From assembly GCA_964016885.1 (NCBI GenBank), contig OZ024743.1, forward strand, positions 262,074,001 through 262,138,000: a stretch of 64,000 bases of DNA, given 5' to 3'. The notes under the pieces are model-generated. The model was given only the letters and a program-made list of their open reading frames with translations, did no database searches and was not told the origin of the DNA. Made by a program: the position numbers and the translations under genes. The first letter of the stretch is position 1; each line of letters begins with the position of its first letter. Positions 62,946 through 64,000 of this stretch are shown here, in pieces. This DNA is from Eledone cirrhosa. Its lineage: Eukaryota.

Positions 62946-63312
62946 CAACAGCAGTGGTGGTATTTGCTGATATTGTTGCTGTTGATATTGTTGTGACTAC
63001 AACTGATAATATCTGATAATTTTGCTTTCAAACTCACTCATTCTCCCTCTTTTAACTGTCACTCTCTCTTTCTTTCCTTTTCTAATTTCCTCACTCTCTT
63101 TTCTTTCTTTCCACCCCTCTTTCTTTCTATCTGTCTTTCTCTCCATCCCTCTTACTCTTTTGCTCTCAATATTTCTTTTCTTTCCTCTTTCTCTCCATCC
63201 CTTTTTCTCTTTATCTCTCGATCATTTTTTCCACCCCTCTTTCTCTATATTCAATCTTTCTATTCACGCCTCTCTCTCTCTTTCTCTAATTCTCTCCATT
63301 CTTCTCTATTTC

Positions 63313-63379
<67 letters not shown>

Positions 63380-64000
63380 CAATTTCAAGTAGAATACAAG
63401 AGATATTGGAGACCTCTTTGTTCCATTGCCAGTCTCCTGTTTCTGCTTGTAAACCATTAATGCTGTTCACTCATCCATGGAAGGTTAATGTTGTATTCAC
63501 TGTCTTGATTCACTGAGAATCTCAGCCAGAATGGTAAACTTTTAAGTGCCATTACTGTAGAATTTAGCTTTACTTGTCTGGCCCATTGACATTTTGGAGT
63601 AATTCTTCATAGTATGTATGTATATATGTATGTATGTATGTATGTGTGTGTGTGTGTGTGTATGTATGTATGAATGTGTGTGTGTGTGTATATATGTATG
63701 TGTATGTGTGTGTGCATGCATATGTTTATATGTATCTATGTGAATATGTGTGTTTAATATATATGTATTTGACTGTCATCTATATATGTATAATCATCAT
63801 CATCACGTAATATGTATACAATATGTGTGTGTCTGTGTGTAAGCTTGTACCTTCAATTCCTTCTCTTGTTATCTTCCTCTTAGATATTTGTTGTAGTCAA
63901 TATCCTGTTGAGGGGCTATGTTGGCCCCTGTACATGTAGCACTCATTTTATCAATGCTCTGAGAGAGAGAGAGAGAGCGATGTGACCTCTTTAGTGATAA

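Overview
AT-rich eukaryotic DNA packed with (TA)n, (CA)n and (CAT)n microsatellites and decayed transposable elements. The repeat landscape looks like an octopod cephalopod genome (inference, no database check). I found no convincing host protein-coding gene; most ORFs in the track are microsatellite translations or TE fragments. Recognisable TEs: CR1-type LINEs (one near full length at 33.0-36.9 kb), RTE LINE pieces, an R4/Dong-type and CRE-type RLE retroelements, a degraded Penelope-like GIY-YIG remnant, a complete hAT (OC1/SPIN-like) with TIRs and TSD, a maT-like Tc1/mariner, mariner fragments, hAT and piggyBac MITEs, and many tRNA-derived SINEs. The most striking unexplained structure is a recurring class of short non-coding elements beside (TA)n tracts. 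They carry type I hammerhead ribozyme motifs (about 9 motifs from several families, including U4C and extra-A core variants) and fold-back inverted duplications with arms of 13-190 bp. One has half of its ribozyme amplified into a 9 x 68-bp tandem array. A strong candidate recursive splice site at 32656-32663, with a downstream donor at 32746, suggests the window lies inside a giant + strand intron.
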